A stretch of DNA of 56,509 bases from Anaerolineae bacterium (GTDB lineage: Bacteria > Chloroflexota > Anaerolineae > B4-G1 > SLSP01). Both the position numbers and the translations under genes were made by a program. The stretch is from contig JBNGDL010000018.1 in assembly GCA_049975205.1 (NCBI GenBank), positions 1 through 56,509 on the forward strand, written 5' to 3'. This document shows, piece by piece, positions 1-9,441 of this stretch (positions are counted from its first letter, which is position 1; every line of letters begins with the position of its first letter). The notes under the pieces were generated by a model, which worked only from the letters and a program-made list of their open reading frames with translations, searched no databases and was not told where the DNA came from.

Positions 1-113
1 GTGCTGCGATCGACGACATGCTGATCAGTGTCCTGGACGGGGCAGATCCAGCCTCTTCGCTAGATTCCACCGTCGAGGAGTGTAACGAGTATCTGGAAGA
101 GGCTGCTCCCTAA
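1..113 (+). CDS. 3' end of a gene entering the window, possibly a sugar ABC substrate-binding protein
   Basis: Frame 3 is open to TAA at 111-113 (AAIDDMLISVLDGADPASSLDSTVEECNEYLEEAAP), resembling the C-terminal helix of extracellular solute-binding proteins; followed by a terminator. Confidence 0.5.
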   Translation, partial: AAIDDMLISVLDGADPASSLDSTVEECNEYLEEAAP

Positions 114-169
114 TCTCTGGAGCTCAGATCCTAGACCAGATGCTAGGCTTGTAGCTTAGCTTACAGTTC

Positions 170-214
170 AGGTGCCGGGCCTCCGTCTCGAAGAGGCTCG
201 GCACCTTTCTATTT
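170..214 (+). terminator. intrinsic terminator
   Basis: AGGTGCCGGGCCTC / GAGGCTCGGCACCT inverted repeat followed by TTCTATTT. Confidence 0.75.
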
Positions 215-240
215 GCAGATTCCGCTCTTTTCTATACAAT
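213..240 (+). promoter_or_regulatory. putative sigma70 promoter for the glmS leader
   Basis: TTGCAG-16 nt-TACAAT upstream of the ribozyme. Confidence 0.4.
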
Positions 241-310
241 GAATGTCCTGAGTCCATCGGTGGGAGCGCGGAGGTGAGATCGAGCCCAAATACGGCATAG
301 ACAAATGGGG

Positions 311-520
311 AAACAGCGCCTGATCCCGTGCGTCTTGTAGACGCGACGCGGATGACGAGGAGACGGTCTATCGAGGAAGTTGTGTCGCAGCAGCACCGCG
401 ACCTCAACGGTTCGGCGGATGACCGTCAGGAGACTTAAGCCCTCTCCTTATTTCCCCCAAAGACAAGCCACACCTCAAAGCCGACGGGTGACCGTCGGGA
501 CAAAGGGTACGGCGGGGCGA
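311..520 (+). ncRNA. glmS glucosamine-6-phosphate-activated ribozyme (variant with core insertion)
   Basis: Cleavage-site motif AGCGCC (315-320), P1 hairpin, TGACGAGG, P2 GACGGTC (362-368) / GACCGTC (421-427), TATCGAG...TTCGGCGGATG, P4.1 hairpin CCGACGG-GTGA-CCGTCGG (481-498) then GACAAAGG; lies 5' of glmS. Confidence 0.9.
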
Positions 521-750
521 GCTGACCTCACCACTTCTGGTGAGATGTGCAGTATACGCGCGGGCAGCTGTCTCTTCGTGGAGCGGACAGCGGGTGTTGC
601 GCATTGTCGTGTCTGCCCCGGGATTGCCTCTATTTCCCATCAGCGCGTTCTTGCTGGTCCTGTGGAAAGTGGAATCCCGACTGAGCGGCGCGTATCGCAT
701 GGCGGCAGACCTAACTTTCGACCCCAAACCTGATCCAGGAGGTCATTTCG

Positions 751-2595
751 ATGTGTGGTATTGTTGGCTACGTTGGGCCGCGGAACGCGGCATCCGTTGT
801 CTTGGGTGGTCTAAAACGACTTGAGTACCGGGGCTATGATTCCGCGGGCGTCGCGGTGCTGCACGAAAACGGTGCTATCGACGTCGAGCGCGCGGTGGGC
901 AAACTCCACAATCTCGAAACGAAACTGGCGGCCTGTTGTCTGGAGGGCCACGTGGGCATGGGGCACACCCGGTGGGCCACCCACGGCGGCGTCACTGAGG
1001 AGAATGCCCATCCGCACCTCGGTATGAATCGCCGCGTCGCGGTGGTTCACAATGGTATCATAGAGAACTACGTTGAGCTCCGCGAGCGGCTGTCCGGGCG
1101 GGGCGTGACCTTTGCCTCGGAGACGGACACGGAGGTCATTGCACATTTGGTGGAGACGCAGTTAGCCGAAGGTGCCGACCTACTCGCTGCCGTCCAGAGG
1201 GCTCTGCCCCAGATTAAAGGCTCAAGCGCCTTCGTCTTTATCAGCCCTGAGGCGCCTGACTGTCTGGTCACGGCAAGGCTGGGCAACGCGGGGGGCATCG
1301 TCGTCGGCCAGGGCCGTGGCGAAACCTTCGTGGCCTCGGATATCCCGGCGATCCTCGAATACACTCGCGACGTTATCTTCTTGGAGCATCGTCAGGTGGC
1401 GCGGATCACGAGGGAGGGTGCCGAGGTCTTCGACCTCGAAAGCCAAGTTGTGACGCCAAGGTTCTACAGCATTCCCTGGGATCCGGTGGCGGCGGAGAAG
1501 GGCACCTATCGCCACTTCATGCAGAAGGAGATCGCGGAGCAGCCACGCGCGATCACCGACACAATTCGCGGGCGTGCGGATTTCGCTCGGGGACGGATCC
1601 AGCTGGACACGCTCTCTCTGACCGAGGCGGAGGCCAGGGCCCTCGATAAGGTCATCATTGTTGCCTGTGGTACTTCCTACCACGCTGGCCTTGTGGGCAA
1701 GTTTATGCTCGAGAACCTGGCCCAGGTGCCGGTCGAGGTGGACTATGCGTCTGAGTTTCGCTATCGGAACCCGCTGATTGGGCCGAATACGGCGGTGTTG
1801 GCGATCACGCAGTCGGGGGAGACGGTCGACACGCTGGCCGCCATGACCGAGGGGCGCGAACAGGGAGCCAAGCTCTGGACCATCGTGAACGTGTTGGGAA
1901 GCCAGGCGCAGCGCATCTCCGATGGCTATATTCTGATGCAGGCCGGGCCGGAGATTGGGGTCGCCTCCACGAAGGCTTTCACAGCCAGCCTCGTGGATCT
2001 CTATCTGCTCTCGTTGAAGCTGGCTGAGTTGCGTGGAACGCTATCGGGGGAAGGACTCCGGCAGTATGTCGACGCCCTGGCACGGCTGCCCGACCTCGTG
2101 GGACGGGTCTCAGAGCAGGGGGATCGGTACGACGCGCTGGTCGAGGCCTTTCACCGTCGCGAGCACTTTCTCTACCTGGGCCGCGGCATTAACTACCCCA
2201 TCGCGTTGGAGGGGGCGCTGAAGCTCAAGGAAATCTCCTACATCCACGCGGAGGGCTATCCTGCGGGTGAGATGAAGCACGGCCCCATCGCGTTGATCGA
2301 CAAGGTCATGCCGGTGGTGACCATCGCTACGCAGGACCACGTCTATGACAAGATGATCAGCCAGATCGAGCAGGTCAAGGCCCGCGGGGGGATCGTGATT
2401 GGGTTGGTCCAGGACAGCGACGCCATCGCGCGCAGCAAGGCGGATTACGTGCTGGAAGTGCCGGTCGCACCGCCTTTCCTGGCGCCGGTGGTGAACACCA
2501 TCCCGCTGCAGTGGCTGGCGTACGCCATCGCGGTGCGGCGCGGTGCCGACGTGGATCAGCCAAGGAACCTGGCGAAGAGCGTGACGGTGGAGTAG
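751..2595 (+). CDS. glmS: glutamine--fructose-6-phosphate transaminase (isomerizing)
   Basis: N-terminal MCGIVG (catalytic Cys), GHTRWATHG, HNGIIEN, SIS domains, C-terminal PRNLAKSVTVE; RBS AGGAGG. Confidence 0.98.
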   Translation: MCGIVGYVGPRNAASVVLGGLKRLEYRGYDSAGVAVLHENGAIDVERAVGKLHNLETKLAACCLEGHVGMGHTRWATHGGVTEENAHPHLGMNRRVAVVHNGIIENYVELRERLSGRGVTFASETDTEVIAHLVETQLAEGADLLAAVQRALPQIKGSSAFVFISPEAPDCLVTARLGNAGGIVVGQGRGETFVASDIPAILEYTRDVIFLEHRQVARITREGAEVFDLESQVVTPRFYSIPWDPVAAEKGTYRHFMQKEIAEQPRAITDTIRGRADFARGRIQLDTLSLTEAEARALDKVIIVACGTSYHAGLVGKFMLENLAQVPVEVDYASEFRYRNPLIGPNTAVLAITQSGETVDTLAAMTEGREQGAKLWTIVNVLGSQAQRISDGYILMQAGPEIGVASTKAFTASLVDLYLLSLKLAELRGTLSGEGLRQYVDALARLPDLVGRVSEQGDRYDALVEAFHRREHFLYLGRGINYPIALEGALKLKEISYIHAEGYPAGEMKHGPIALIDKVMPVVTIATQDHVYDKMISQIEQVKARGGIVIGLVQDSDAIARSKADYVLEVPVAPPFLAPVVNTIPLQWLAYAIAVRRGADVDQPRNLAKSVTVE

Positions 2596-2779
2596 GCGCC
2601 TGTAATGGGCGCCTGGTAGCATCAGGGCGGGTAATTCGGGCAAACCTGGGTTCGATGGTACCTGACCCGGAGCAGGTGCCGCAATGGAAGCCTAGCGCTT
2701 TCAGGGTGTGATCCTGAGGGAATGCCACTGTGGCTACCCGGAGGCTAGGGAGGCCCAGCGCTGTTGAAGGCGCCCTGGG

Positions 2780-4528
2780 CTAGTCGTTTCCGTCAGAAGC
2801 GCCCCAGATCCTTCGCAGCCGATGGGCTGCCAGCTTGGGCCGTCGGTCTCGGGTAAACACACCCTTGAGGTTCATACTACCCACGCGCCGCACGCCCTGT
2901 GAAGTCTGGAAGTCGCACATGTTCCAGACGTGCTCCCCGACCACGTAGGGCTTGCTGCGCAGGACCTCGCTGTAGCGCTCGAGCATGTCTGCCTGGTATT
3001 CCTCACTGAACATGTCGGGCGGTTGGGCATGGTGACCAGCTACGGTATCCGCCCCGTACTCGCTGAGGATGAGCGGCTTCCTGAACTTATCGTACAGCGC
3101 ATCGATCTCGGCTTCGAGGTTTTGGCAACCCGCGTCAAGTTGACCCGACTCGGTGTACCATCCATAGTAGCGGTTAAGGCACATGAGATCGCAGAACTCG
3201 AAGGACTCCTCGTCGAGGCCAACGTGACTGACCAGGGTTACGGGACGCGTGGGATCAAGCGACTTACACAGATCGTACAGATTGCGGAAGAACGGCTTGG
3301 CGGCGGGCACCGCTGAATGTGGCTCGTTGGCCAGGCTCCACACGATGACGCTGGGGTGGTTCTTGTCACGGGCGACCAGTTCGTTGATATATTGACGACA
3401 GAGCCGCAGCCTGCGATCTAGGCCTTCCTCTGCAAAGAACAGCCCCACCGCCGGCGTCTCGTCAATGACGAGAAATCCTAAGCGGTCGGCCAGATCCATC
3501 ATCTGCTCGGAGTAGGGGTAGTGTGTCGTGCGGAAGGAGTTAGCCCCGACCCATTTCATGAGGGCGTAGTCCTTCACGATCACCGCGGGAACATAGCCGC
3601 GCCCCGTCACAGGGAAGTCCTCGTGACGACCAAAGCCCTGCAGATAGATCGGTTGGCCGTTGAGCAGTAGAGCGTTGCCCTCTACCCTGATCTCCCGGAT
3701 TCCGATGGGCAGTGTGTAGCGATCGACCACCGCGCCTCGGCTAATCAGCTCCACGGTTAGATCATACAGATGCGGTGAGTCAGGCGACCACAGGGCTGCG
3801 TTAGGCACGTCCAGCACGAACTCGGCAGTGCCGTCCGAGGGGGTAGTTTCGGCCTGTACGGGCGTGTCAGCCAGTGAACAGCGCACTGTCGTGGATTCCG
3901 ACCCGGTCAGGTCGACTCCAACGTGGACGCGACCGGGTAACGCCGTCACCAGCGTTAAGTCGGCGATGGCTTGAGACGGCGTCGCGGTTAGCAACACAGG
4001 TCTATGAATGCCACAATAAGGAAAGAAATCGAATGAGGCGGGCGGGAAATTTTGGTGCTGATCCAGAAACATGTGTTTGGGATCCGCCGGGACATTACCC
4101 GGCGGCACGCGATCGGGAGCAAGCTCACCCTCGACGCGCACCACCAGTACATTCTGCTCAGGCCGAACATAGGGCGTGAGATCAAATGAGAAGGGCAGAT
4201 GTCCCCCTTCATGCTCACCCAAGCGAGCCCCGTTGAGCCACACTTCGGCCAGGTAGTTGACTGAACCAAAGCGAACACCAAGGCGATGCCGGGCGACATC
4301 CCATCCCCACGGCAGATCGAAGCATGTCTGATACCAAGTCTGGCCGAGGTAATCGCGCCACTCTGCGAACTGATCGTTCCAGCTGGCTGGCACGGCGGCC
4401 GGACGACCTCCGGTGAACCCCTCGGACCAGCCAGCCGCTTGGCCCCGGTTCGTGGGATCGAATCTCAATTCCCAGAGCCCTGAGAGGTCGACGAACTGCC
4501 GAAATGGATTAGAGCGTGGATAGAGCAT
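2780..4528 (-). CDS. uidA: beta-glucuronidase (GH2)
   Basis: DFFPYCGIHRPV, GFGRHED, NSFRTTHYPY, acid/base WSLANEP, NRYYGWY, nucleophile SEYGAD, GUS-specific NxKG motif (NLKG). Confidence 0.9.
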   Translation of the reverse strand: MLYPRSNPFRQFVDLSGLWELRFDPTNRGQAAGWSEGFTGGRPAAVPASWNDQFAEWRDYLGQTWYQTCFDLPWGWDVARHRLGVRFGSVNYLAEVWLNGARLGEHEGGHLPFSFDLTPYVRPEQNVLVVRVEGELAPDRVPPGNVPADPKHMFLDQHQNFPPASFDFFPYCGIHRPVLLTATPSQAIADLTLVTALPGRVHVGVDLTGSESTTVRCSLADTPVQAETTPSDGTAEFVLDVPNAALWSPDSPHLYDLTVELISRGAVVDRYTLPIGIREIRVEGNALLLNGQPIYLQGFGRHEDFPVTGRGYVPAVIVKDYALMKWVGANSFRTTHYPYSEQMMDLADRLGFLVIDETPAVGLFFAEEGLDRRLRLCRQYINELVARDKNHPSVIVWSLANEPHSAVPAAKPFFRNLYDLCKSLDPTRPVTLVSHVGLDEESFEFCDLMCLNRYYGWYTESGQLDAGCQNLEAEIDALYDKFRKPLILSEYGADTVAGHHAQPPDMFSEEYQADMLERYSEVLRSKPYVVGEHVWNMCDFQTSQGVRRVGSMNLKGVFTRDRRPKLAAHRLRRIWGASDGND

Positions 4529-4557
4529 GGGTGTCTCCAGGATGTTGTCTCTTTGAC

Positions 4558-5433
4558 TCAGCCCTTGATACCGGTGGACGCTACGCCCTCGACGAAGAAC
4601 CGTTGGAACGTGAGGAAGAGCACGATCACGGGGATCAACGATACCAGCGACGCTGCCATGATCAGGGCGTAGTCAGCGGAGTATTGCTGGATGAACATGC
4701 GCAGGCCCAGCTGAATGGTCTTGCGCGACTGCGAACTCAGGTAAATCAGCGGCCCCATGAAGTCGTTCCAGACAAAGACGGCGGTGAAGATGGTCAGTGT
4801 GGCAATTGCCGGTTTCGAGAGCGGTAGCATGATGCGGGCGTAGATCCCATACTCATTCAATCCATCGATGCGTGCTGCATCGATGAGGTCGTTTGGGATG
4901 CTGATGAAGAACTGGCGCATCAAGAACACGCCAAATGCCGAAAAGGCCTGCAATAGGATCAGTGCCAGATGAGTGTCGGTCAGATCCAGTCTCCGCATCA
5001 TGATGAACTGAGGGACCATGTAGGACTGCCAAGGGATCGCGATGCTGGCGACATAAGCCAGGAAGATGACGTCCTTGCCCTTGAAGTCGAGCTTGGCAAA
5101 GGCATATCCGGCGAAGCTGCTGGTGAAAAGCTGGAGCGCCGTGATGATCACCGTCAGCTTGGTGGTATTTGCAAAGAAGGTGAGGAACGGGATCCGTGTC
5201 CAGATTTTCACGTAGTTATCCCATTGCGGCTCCTCGGGAATCCACTGAACCGGGAAACGAAAGACATCCTTGTCCATCTTCAGCGAGGCGGAGACCATCC
5301 ATAAGAACGGCATCAACATGGTCACCATCAATGCGATCAAGACCGCATAGGTGAGTGCCCTGCTCACCCCGACGCTCAGTTGATGGACTAGCTTGTCGTG
5401 TCTGGGGCTGCTCTGTTTTTGTAGGCTGTGCAC
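4558..5433 (-). CDS. carbohydrate ABC transporter permease (MalG-like)
   Basis: EAA-like loop LIDAARIDG, WNDFMGPLIY, TM helices; start moved to GTG at 5433 behind GGAGGAG. Confidence 0.9.
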   Translation of the reverse strand: MHSLQKQSSPRHDKLVHQLSVGVSRALTYAVLIALMVTMLMPFLWMVSASLKMDKDVFRFPVQWIPEEPQWDNYVKIWTRIPFLTFFANTTKLTVIITALQLFTSSFAGYAFAKLDFKGKDVIFLAYVASIAIPWQSYMVPQFIMMRRLDLTDTHLALILLQAFSAFGVFLMRQFFISIPNDLIDAARIDGLNEYGIYARIMLPLSKPAIATLTIFTAVFVWNDFMGPLIYLSSQSRKTIQLGLRMFIQQYSADYALIMAASLVSLIPVIVLFLTFQRFFVEGVASTGIKG

Positions 5434-5453
5434 GTTCAGTCTCTCCTCCATGC

Positions 5454-6380
5454 TCACATGTAGCTGACCCAACGCTGTTCCATACGGAACTGGATGATGG
5501 TGATGATCAGAACGATCAGAAACAACACCATAGCTATCGCGCTGGAGTAGCCGAATCTCCATTGCCTGAACGCTGTGTTGTAAGTGTGAATGACCAGCAC
5601 GTTGGTCGCGCGCCCAGGGCCTCCGTTGGTCATAACCAGGATCAGATCGAAGACCTTGAAGGATGCGATTGTGAGCATGATGCTAACAAAGAAGGTGGCT
5701 GGCGTGAGCATCGGCAGGGTGACGTAGCGGAATCGCTGCCAGGCGTTCGCCCCGTCGATCATAGCTGCCTCGTACAAGTACGAGGGAATGCCCTGCAGGG
5801 CCGCAAGGTAGATCACCATGTAATAGCCCATGCCCCTCCAGATGCTGGCTAGGATCACGGTGGGCATCGCCCAGTCCACCGATGCGGTCCAGCGTGGCGG
5901 GTTCTCCACCCCCAAGTTCACCAGTAGCTGATTCACGGGTCCCATCGCGGGATGGAAGAGCATATTCCAGACGACGGCGACCGCCACGAGAGACGCGACG
6001 TAGGGGAAGAAGTAGGCGGTGCGGAAGAAATTCCTCCCACGCAGGGGTTGGTTGAGGAGCAGCGCCAGGATGAGGGCAGCGACCATCGTTGTGGGCACCG
6101 TTCCGACGACGTAGTAGAAGGTGTTTCGCAGAGCGATGTGGAAGGTGTCGTCCTCCAGTAACCGTTTGAAGTTGTCCAACCCTGCCCACGTGACCACGTT
6201 AGCCCCGTCCCAGTGCATAAACGCAAGGGCGAGCGAGAAGACCATGGGAACCAGGGTAAATAGCGCGAAGCCAACCAGGTTGGGCAGGATGAAGGAGTAG
6301 GCAACCAAGTTCTTCTTGAGCGTCTTCCATCTGCCGCTGCTCATAGGTTTCCTGGGGATCTGCGTTTGCATAGCGCTCAT
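5454..6380 (-). CDS. carbohydrate ABC transporter permease (MalF-like)
   Basis: LYEAAMIDGANAWQRFRYVTLP EAA motif, multiple TM helices. Confidence 0.92.
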   Translation of the reverse strand: MSAMQTQIPRKPMSSGRWKTLKKNLVAYSFILPNLVGFALFTLVPMVFSLALAFMHWDGANVVTWAGLDNFKRLLEDDTFHIALRNTFYYVVGTVPTTMVAALILALLLNQPLRGRNFFRTAYFFPYVASLVAVAVVWNMLFHPAMGPVNQLLVNLGVENPPRWTASVDWAMPTVILASIWRGMGYYMVIYLAALQGIPSYLYEAAMIDGANAWQRFRYVTLPMLTPATFFVSIMLTIASFKVFDLILVMTNGGPGRATNVLVIHTYNTAFRQWRFGYSSAIAMVLFLIVLIITIIQFRMEQRWVSYM

Positions 6381-6494
6381 AGGTCTACGGAACCTCTCGA
6401 TCTGTTATCCGAACTTGCTATCGCCTTGAGGGGGGACAGCCGATCATAGGGGTCATGCCATCCTCTCCGAATGCGCATGGCGATGATGATACCT

Positions 6495-6533
6495 GGCAGG
6501 GAAGCCCTGTTGGCACGTCGGGGCTTCCCTGCC
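6495..6533 (-). terminator. stem-loop between SBP and permease genes (mRNA stabiliser or partial terminator)
   Basis: Perfect 13-bp inverted repeat GGCAGGGAAGCCC / GGGCTTCCCTGCC. Confidence 0.65.
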
Positions 6534-6551
6534 CCGACTGATCGATCCTGT

Positions 6552-7859
6552 CTACTCGTTCAGAACTTCTGAGACACGCTGCGACATGGCCTCAATTCCC
6601 TCGTCCACGGTGACGGACTTGGTCATGATCAGGTCGTGTTCCTCGTTGAGGATCTGCTCAACCTCGCCCACCTTGGGGTGCATGGGCAGCTCGAGGCGCA
6701 CGGTCGTGGTCTGCAGTGCTTCGCTAGCTTCCGGGGGTACACCCTCGAGCGAGGCGAAGATGTCCAGGACCTCTGGAGGACGCATGGCGGGGAGGTTGCC
6801 GGTCTCTGCCAGGGCCTTGGCGCCCTCGATACCGCTGTAGAACTTGACGAAGTCCCAAGCGGCATCCTTCTGATTCGAGTTCGCGTTGATGGCCAGCGAG
6901 GTCAGTGTGCCTGCCGTCGTGCCAGGCTCAACGCCCTCAGGATGCGGGAACTTGGCGACACCCCATTCGTAGTCAATCTCGCCCTCATTCTTGGCATTGA
7001 TCAGCGAGCCGATGAACCAGGATCCCATCGGCAGCATTGCGATCTGCTCATTGTAGAAGACGCCGGAGTAATGGATATTTCCAGCCCTCAGCGCGCCGTA
7101 ATCCATGATGATCTCGTCGTCTTGCATTCTGATGATCATATCATAGATTGGCTTCATGAAGCTGTAGTCCTCGGCAATGACGGTGTTCTTGCCGTCCTGT
7201 ACCGTGGCTAGCTGGACGGTCGAGCGCCACACGTGATGGTGGGTGCCATAGACTCTGTCGGCGCCGGTCCCACTGGTCAACTGGCGCGCCACCTCCTCAT
7301 ACTCTGTCCAGGTCATGTCGTTGGAGGGGTAGTCCACGCCGGCAGCGTCGAAGAGATCCTTGTTGTAGTAGAGGATCCAGATGTCGCTGCGGAAGGGGAG
7401 GGCGTAGATCTTGCCCTCGAACGTCAGCTCTTCGGCTGCGCCGCTATAGACGCTCAGATCGAGCCCGTCGGCGTCGATGTAGTTGTTCAGCGGAATGATC
7501 TGGTTCCGGGTTAGCATGGCGGAGTAGCCTGGGATGTCTTTGACGGTGATGAGATCGGTCTCGTCACCACCCGAGAGCATGATATTGACAACGTCCTGGT
7601 ACTCGGCGGACGAGATGTCGGTCAACTCAACGGTGACGTTGGGATTTTCCGCCTCATACGCGTCGACCACGGCCTGCCAATAGGGCGTCGTGGCGACATC
7701 CCACGCTGCCATCGTGAGCGTGATCGGTTCGTCTACCGGTTCCTCGACGGGTGCCTCCGATTCGGGCTCCTCGGTCGGTACTGTGGTCGATGGGCCGCAT
7801 GCCGCCAGAGTCAGCGACAGCAAGATGATAAGGGTCAAAAGCGTGTGTGCGCGTTTCAT
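6552..7859 (-). CDS. sugar ABC transporter substrate-binding lipoprotein
   Basis: Start MKRAHTLL behind AGGAGGAG, lipobox LAAC, family-1 SBP motifs (LYYNKDLFDAAGV). Confidence 0.92.
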   Translation of the reverse strand: MKRAHTLLTLIILLSLTLAACGPSTTVPTEEPESEAPVEEPVDEPITLTMAAWDVATTPYWQAVVDAYEAENPNVTVELTDISSAEYQDVVNIMLSGGDETDLITVKDIPGYSAMLTRNQIIPLNNYIDADGLDLSVYSGAAEELTFEGKIYALPFRSDIWILYYNKDLFDAAGVDYPSNDMTWTEYEEVARQLTSGTGADRVYGTHHHVWRSTVQLATVQDGKNTVIAEDYSFMKPIYDMIIRMQDDEIIMDYGALRAGNIHYSGVFYNEQIAMLPMGSWFIGSLINAKNEGEIDYEWGVAKFPHPEGVEPGTTAGTLTSLAINANSNQKDAAWDFVKFYSGIEGAKALAETGNLPAMRPPEVLDIFASLEGVPPEASEALQTTTVRLELPMHPKVGEVEQILNEEHDLIMTKSVTVDEGIEAMSQRVSEVLNE

Positions 7860-8080
7860 TAGAACTCCTCCTGAAGCTAAGGTAAGCAGCTGAACTTGCT
7901 TTTCCAACACGTGTGTTGAGCAGCATCGAACAGGTGAGGGGGCTAGCCTCTGACATGGGACCCCGGATCCTGGCACCTCCTGACAGAGCGGACTCGTTGA
8001 GAGCTGGACAGCCCGTTACCTAGACTGAGCGGTCAAACTAGACATCAAGCACAATGCCCACATAAGGGGCAGCTACCCAG

Positions 8081-8109
8081 ATTATACATCTTTTCAGTAA
8101 GTATGTCAA
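8081..8109 (-). promoter_or_regulatory. consensus sigma70 promoter for the SBP-permease-uidA operon
   Basis: Minus strand TTGACA-17 nt-TATAAT, perfect consensus. Confidence 0.85.
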
Positions 8110-8116
8110 CTGTGGG

Positions 8117-8145
8117 TTGCATTCTTTCGAAAATTACAGTATAAT
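8117..8145 (+). promoter_or_regulatory. divergent sigma70 promoter for the LacI regulator
   Basis: TTGCAT-17 nt-TATAAT. Confidence 0.75.
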
Positions 8146-8177
8146 TATCATGTCGCTATCTTAGAGGAGAAGGTGAG

Positions 8178-9212
8178 ATGAACAGAAAAAAGCGCCCAAC
8201 GCTTGCTGATGTCGCTGAACATGCTCAGGTTTCCACGGCCACTGTCTCCCGAGTGGTCCGTAACACGGGCTCTGTGAGTGAGAGCCTGCGCGAGCGCGTC
8301 GAGGCCTCGATTGCCGAGTTGGGGTACAAGCCCCGGAACTCATTTACCGGTTCTTCCGCGCAAGGCATTATCGCCCTCTTGATTGGCGACCTACTCAATC
8401 CCTTCTTTCTGGAAATCGCGCAGGGCGTGCAGGACGAGGTCAACAATGAGCGGATGATGATGGCGATCTATAACGTGGCCGATCAGGCCCATCATCAGTC
8501 TCAGCTCTTAACCGAACTGCATAAGGCGGGGGTTGCCGGCGTGATCTTGGCCGGACTGACGCCTATCCCCGAGCTACTGGATTGGCAGGAACGCTACAAG
8601 GTCCCCGTGGTGCTTCTCAACCGGCGTGTCTCGCAATCGGGCGTGCACTGCATTGTGGTGGACTTCGAGGAAGCCATGGTCCGCGCCACCCGGCACCTGC
8701 TGGCGTTGGGGCATAGGCGCATCGGGCACCTGGCGTCGCCCAGCACCGGAGAGATCGCCGAGGCCCGTCAGCGCGGCATCGAGGTTGCCTTGAAGGAGGC
8801 TGGGCTGGAGTTGCGACCCGAGTGGTGCCCCATCGTGCCGCCCGGCAGGGAGGTGGGCGGTGGCTTTCAGGCGATGCGCGTCTTGCTGGACCTGCCTGAG
8901 GAAGAGCGCCCGACCGCGGTCATCGCGTTCAACGACATCATCGCCGTCGGAGCCCTACACGCCGTACGCAATCACGGCCTGTCCGTGCCGCAGGACATCT
9001 CAATCATCGGCGTGGACGATATCGCGCTGGCGGGCCACACCTACCCACCGCTTACTACCATCAGTCAGCCTAAGTATCACATGGGGAAACTGGCAGTCCA
9101 AACATTGCGTCGCTTGGGCGAGGGTCGGGTCAGTATGAGCAACAACTGCACGTTGCTGGAGACCCCATTGATCGTCCGTGAATCTACGGGACCTTGTAGG
9201 GAGACCCGGTAG
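8178..9212 (+). CDS. LacI-family transcriptional regulator
   Basis: TLADVAEHAQVSTATVSRV HTH; C-terminal sugar-binding domain (PTAVIAFND, VPQDISIIGVDD, PPLTTI). Confidence 0.95.
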   Translation: MNRKKRPTLADVAEHAQVSTATVSRVVRNTGSVSESLRERVEASIAELGYKPRNSFTGSSAQGIIALLIGDLLNPFFLEIAQGVQDEVNNERMMMAIYNVADQAHHQSQLLTELHKAGVAGVILAGLTPIPELLDWQERYKVPVVLLNRRVSQSGVHCIVVDFEEAMVRATRHLLALGHRRIGHLASPSTGEIAEARQRGIEVALKEAGLELRPEWCPIVPPGREVGGGFQAMRVLLDLPEEERPTAVIAFNDIIAVGALHAVRNHGLSVPQDISIIGVDDIALAGHTYPPLTTISQPKYHMGKLAVQTLRRLGEGRVSMSNNCTLLETPLIVRESTGPCRETR

Positions 9213-9307
9213 TCGCCAGGTCTCCCTCTGCATCTGGAGGCAGAGCTCGGAGGCGATGGCTCCTTCAGGGTGCTGTGGGCCACCGTCACCGCCCTTTCGG
9301 ACCGATC

Positions 9308-9400
9308 TTATCGCGCCAACAGCGTGACAATCAACACGATGACTGCAATCCCCAGAGATGACCAGTCAATCAACTTCCACTTCGGCTCTTCCCGACCCAT
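9308..9400 (-). CDS. 30-aa single-TM peptide under predicted LexA control (absent from the ORF track)
   Basis: ATG...TAA gives MGREEPKWKLIDWSSLGIAVIVLIVTLLAR; AGGAGG RBS 5 nt upstream; dedicated promoter and two SOS boxes. Confidence 0.75.
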   Translation of the reverse strand: MGREEPKWKLIDWSSLGIAVIVLIVTLLAR

Positions 9401-9418
9401 CGCGCCCTCCTGGTGTCT

Positions 9419-9430
9419 GAACGTTTGTTC
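9419..9430. promoter_or_regulatory. LexA (SOS) box, Gram-positive/Chloroflexota type
   Basis: GAAC-GTTT-GTTC, just downstream of the predicted start site of the minus-strand promoter. Confidence 0.75.
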
Positions 9431-9441
9431 TATATGCCCCT

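Noticed and set aside
168-824. Short ORFs upstream of glmS
   Set aside because: They overlap the terminator, promoter and ribozyme and have no protein-like motifs.
9250-9300. GGCGATGG as the start of a fluoride riboswitch
   Set aside because: The pseudoknot partner and downstream conserved motif are absent, and there is no fluoride-related gene.
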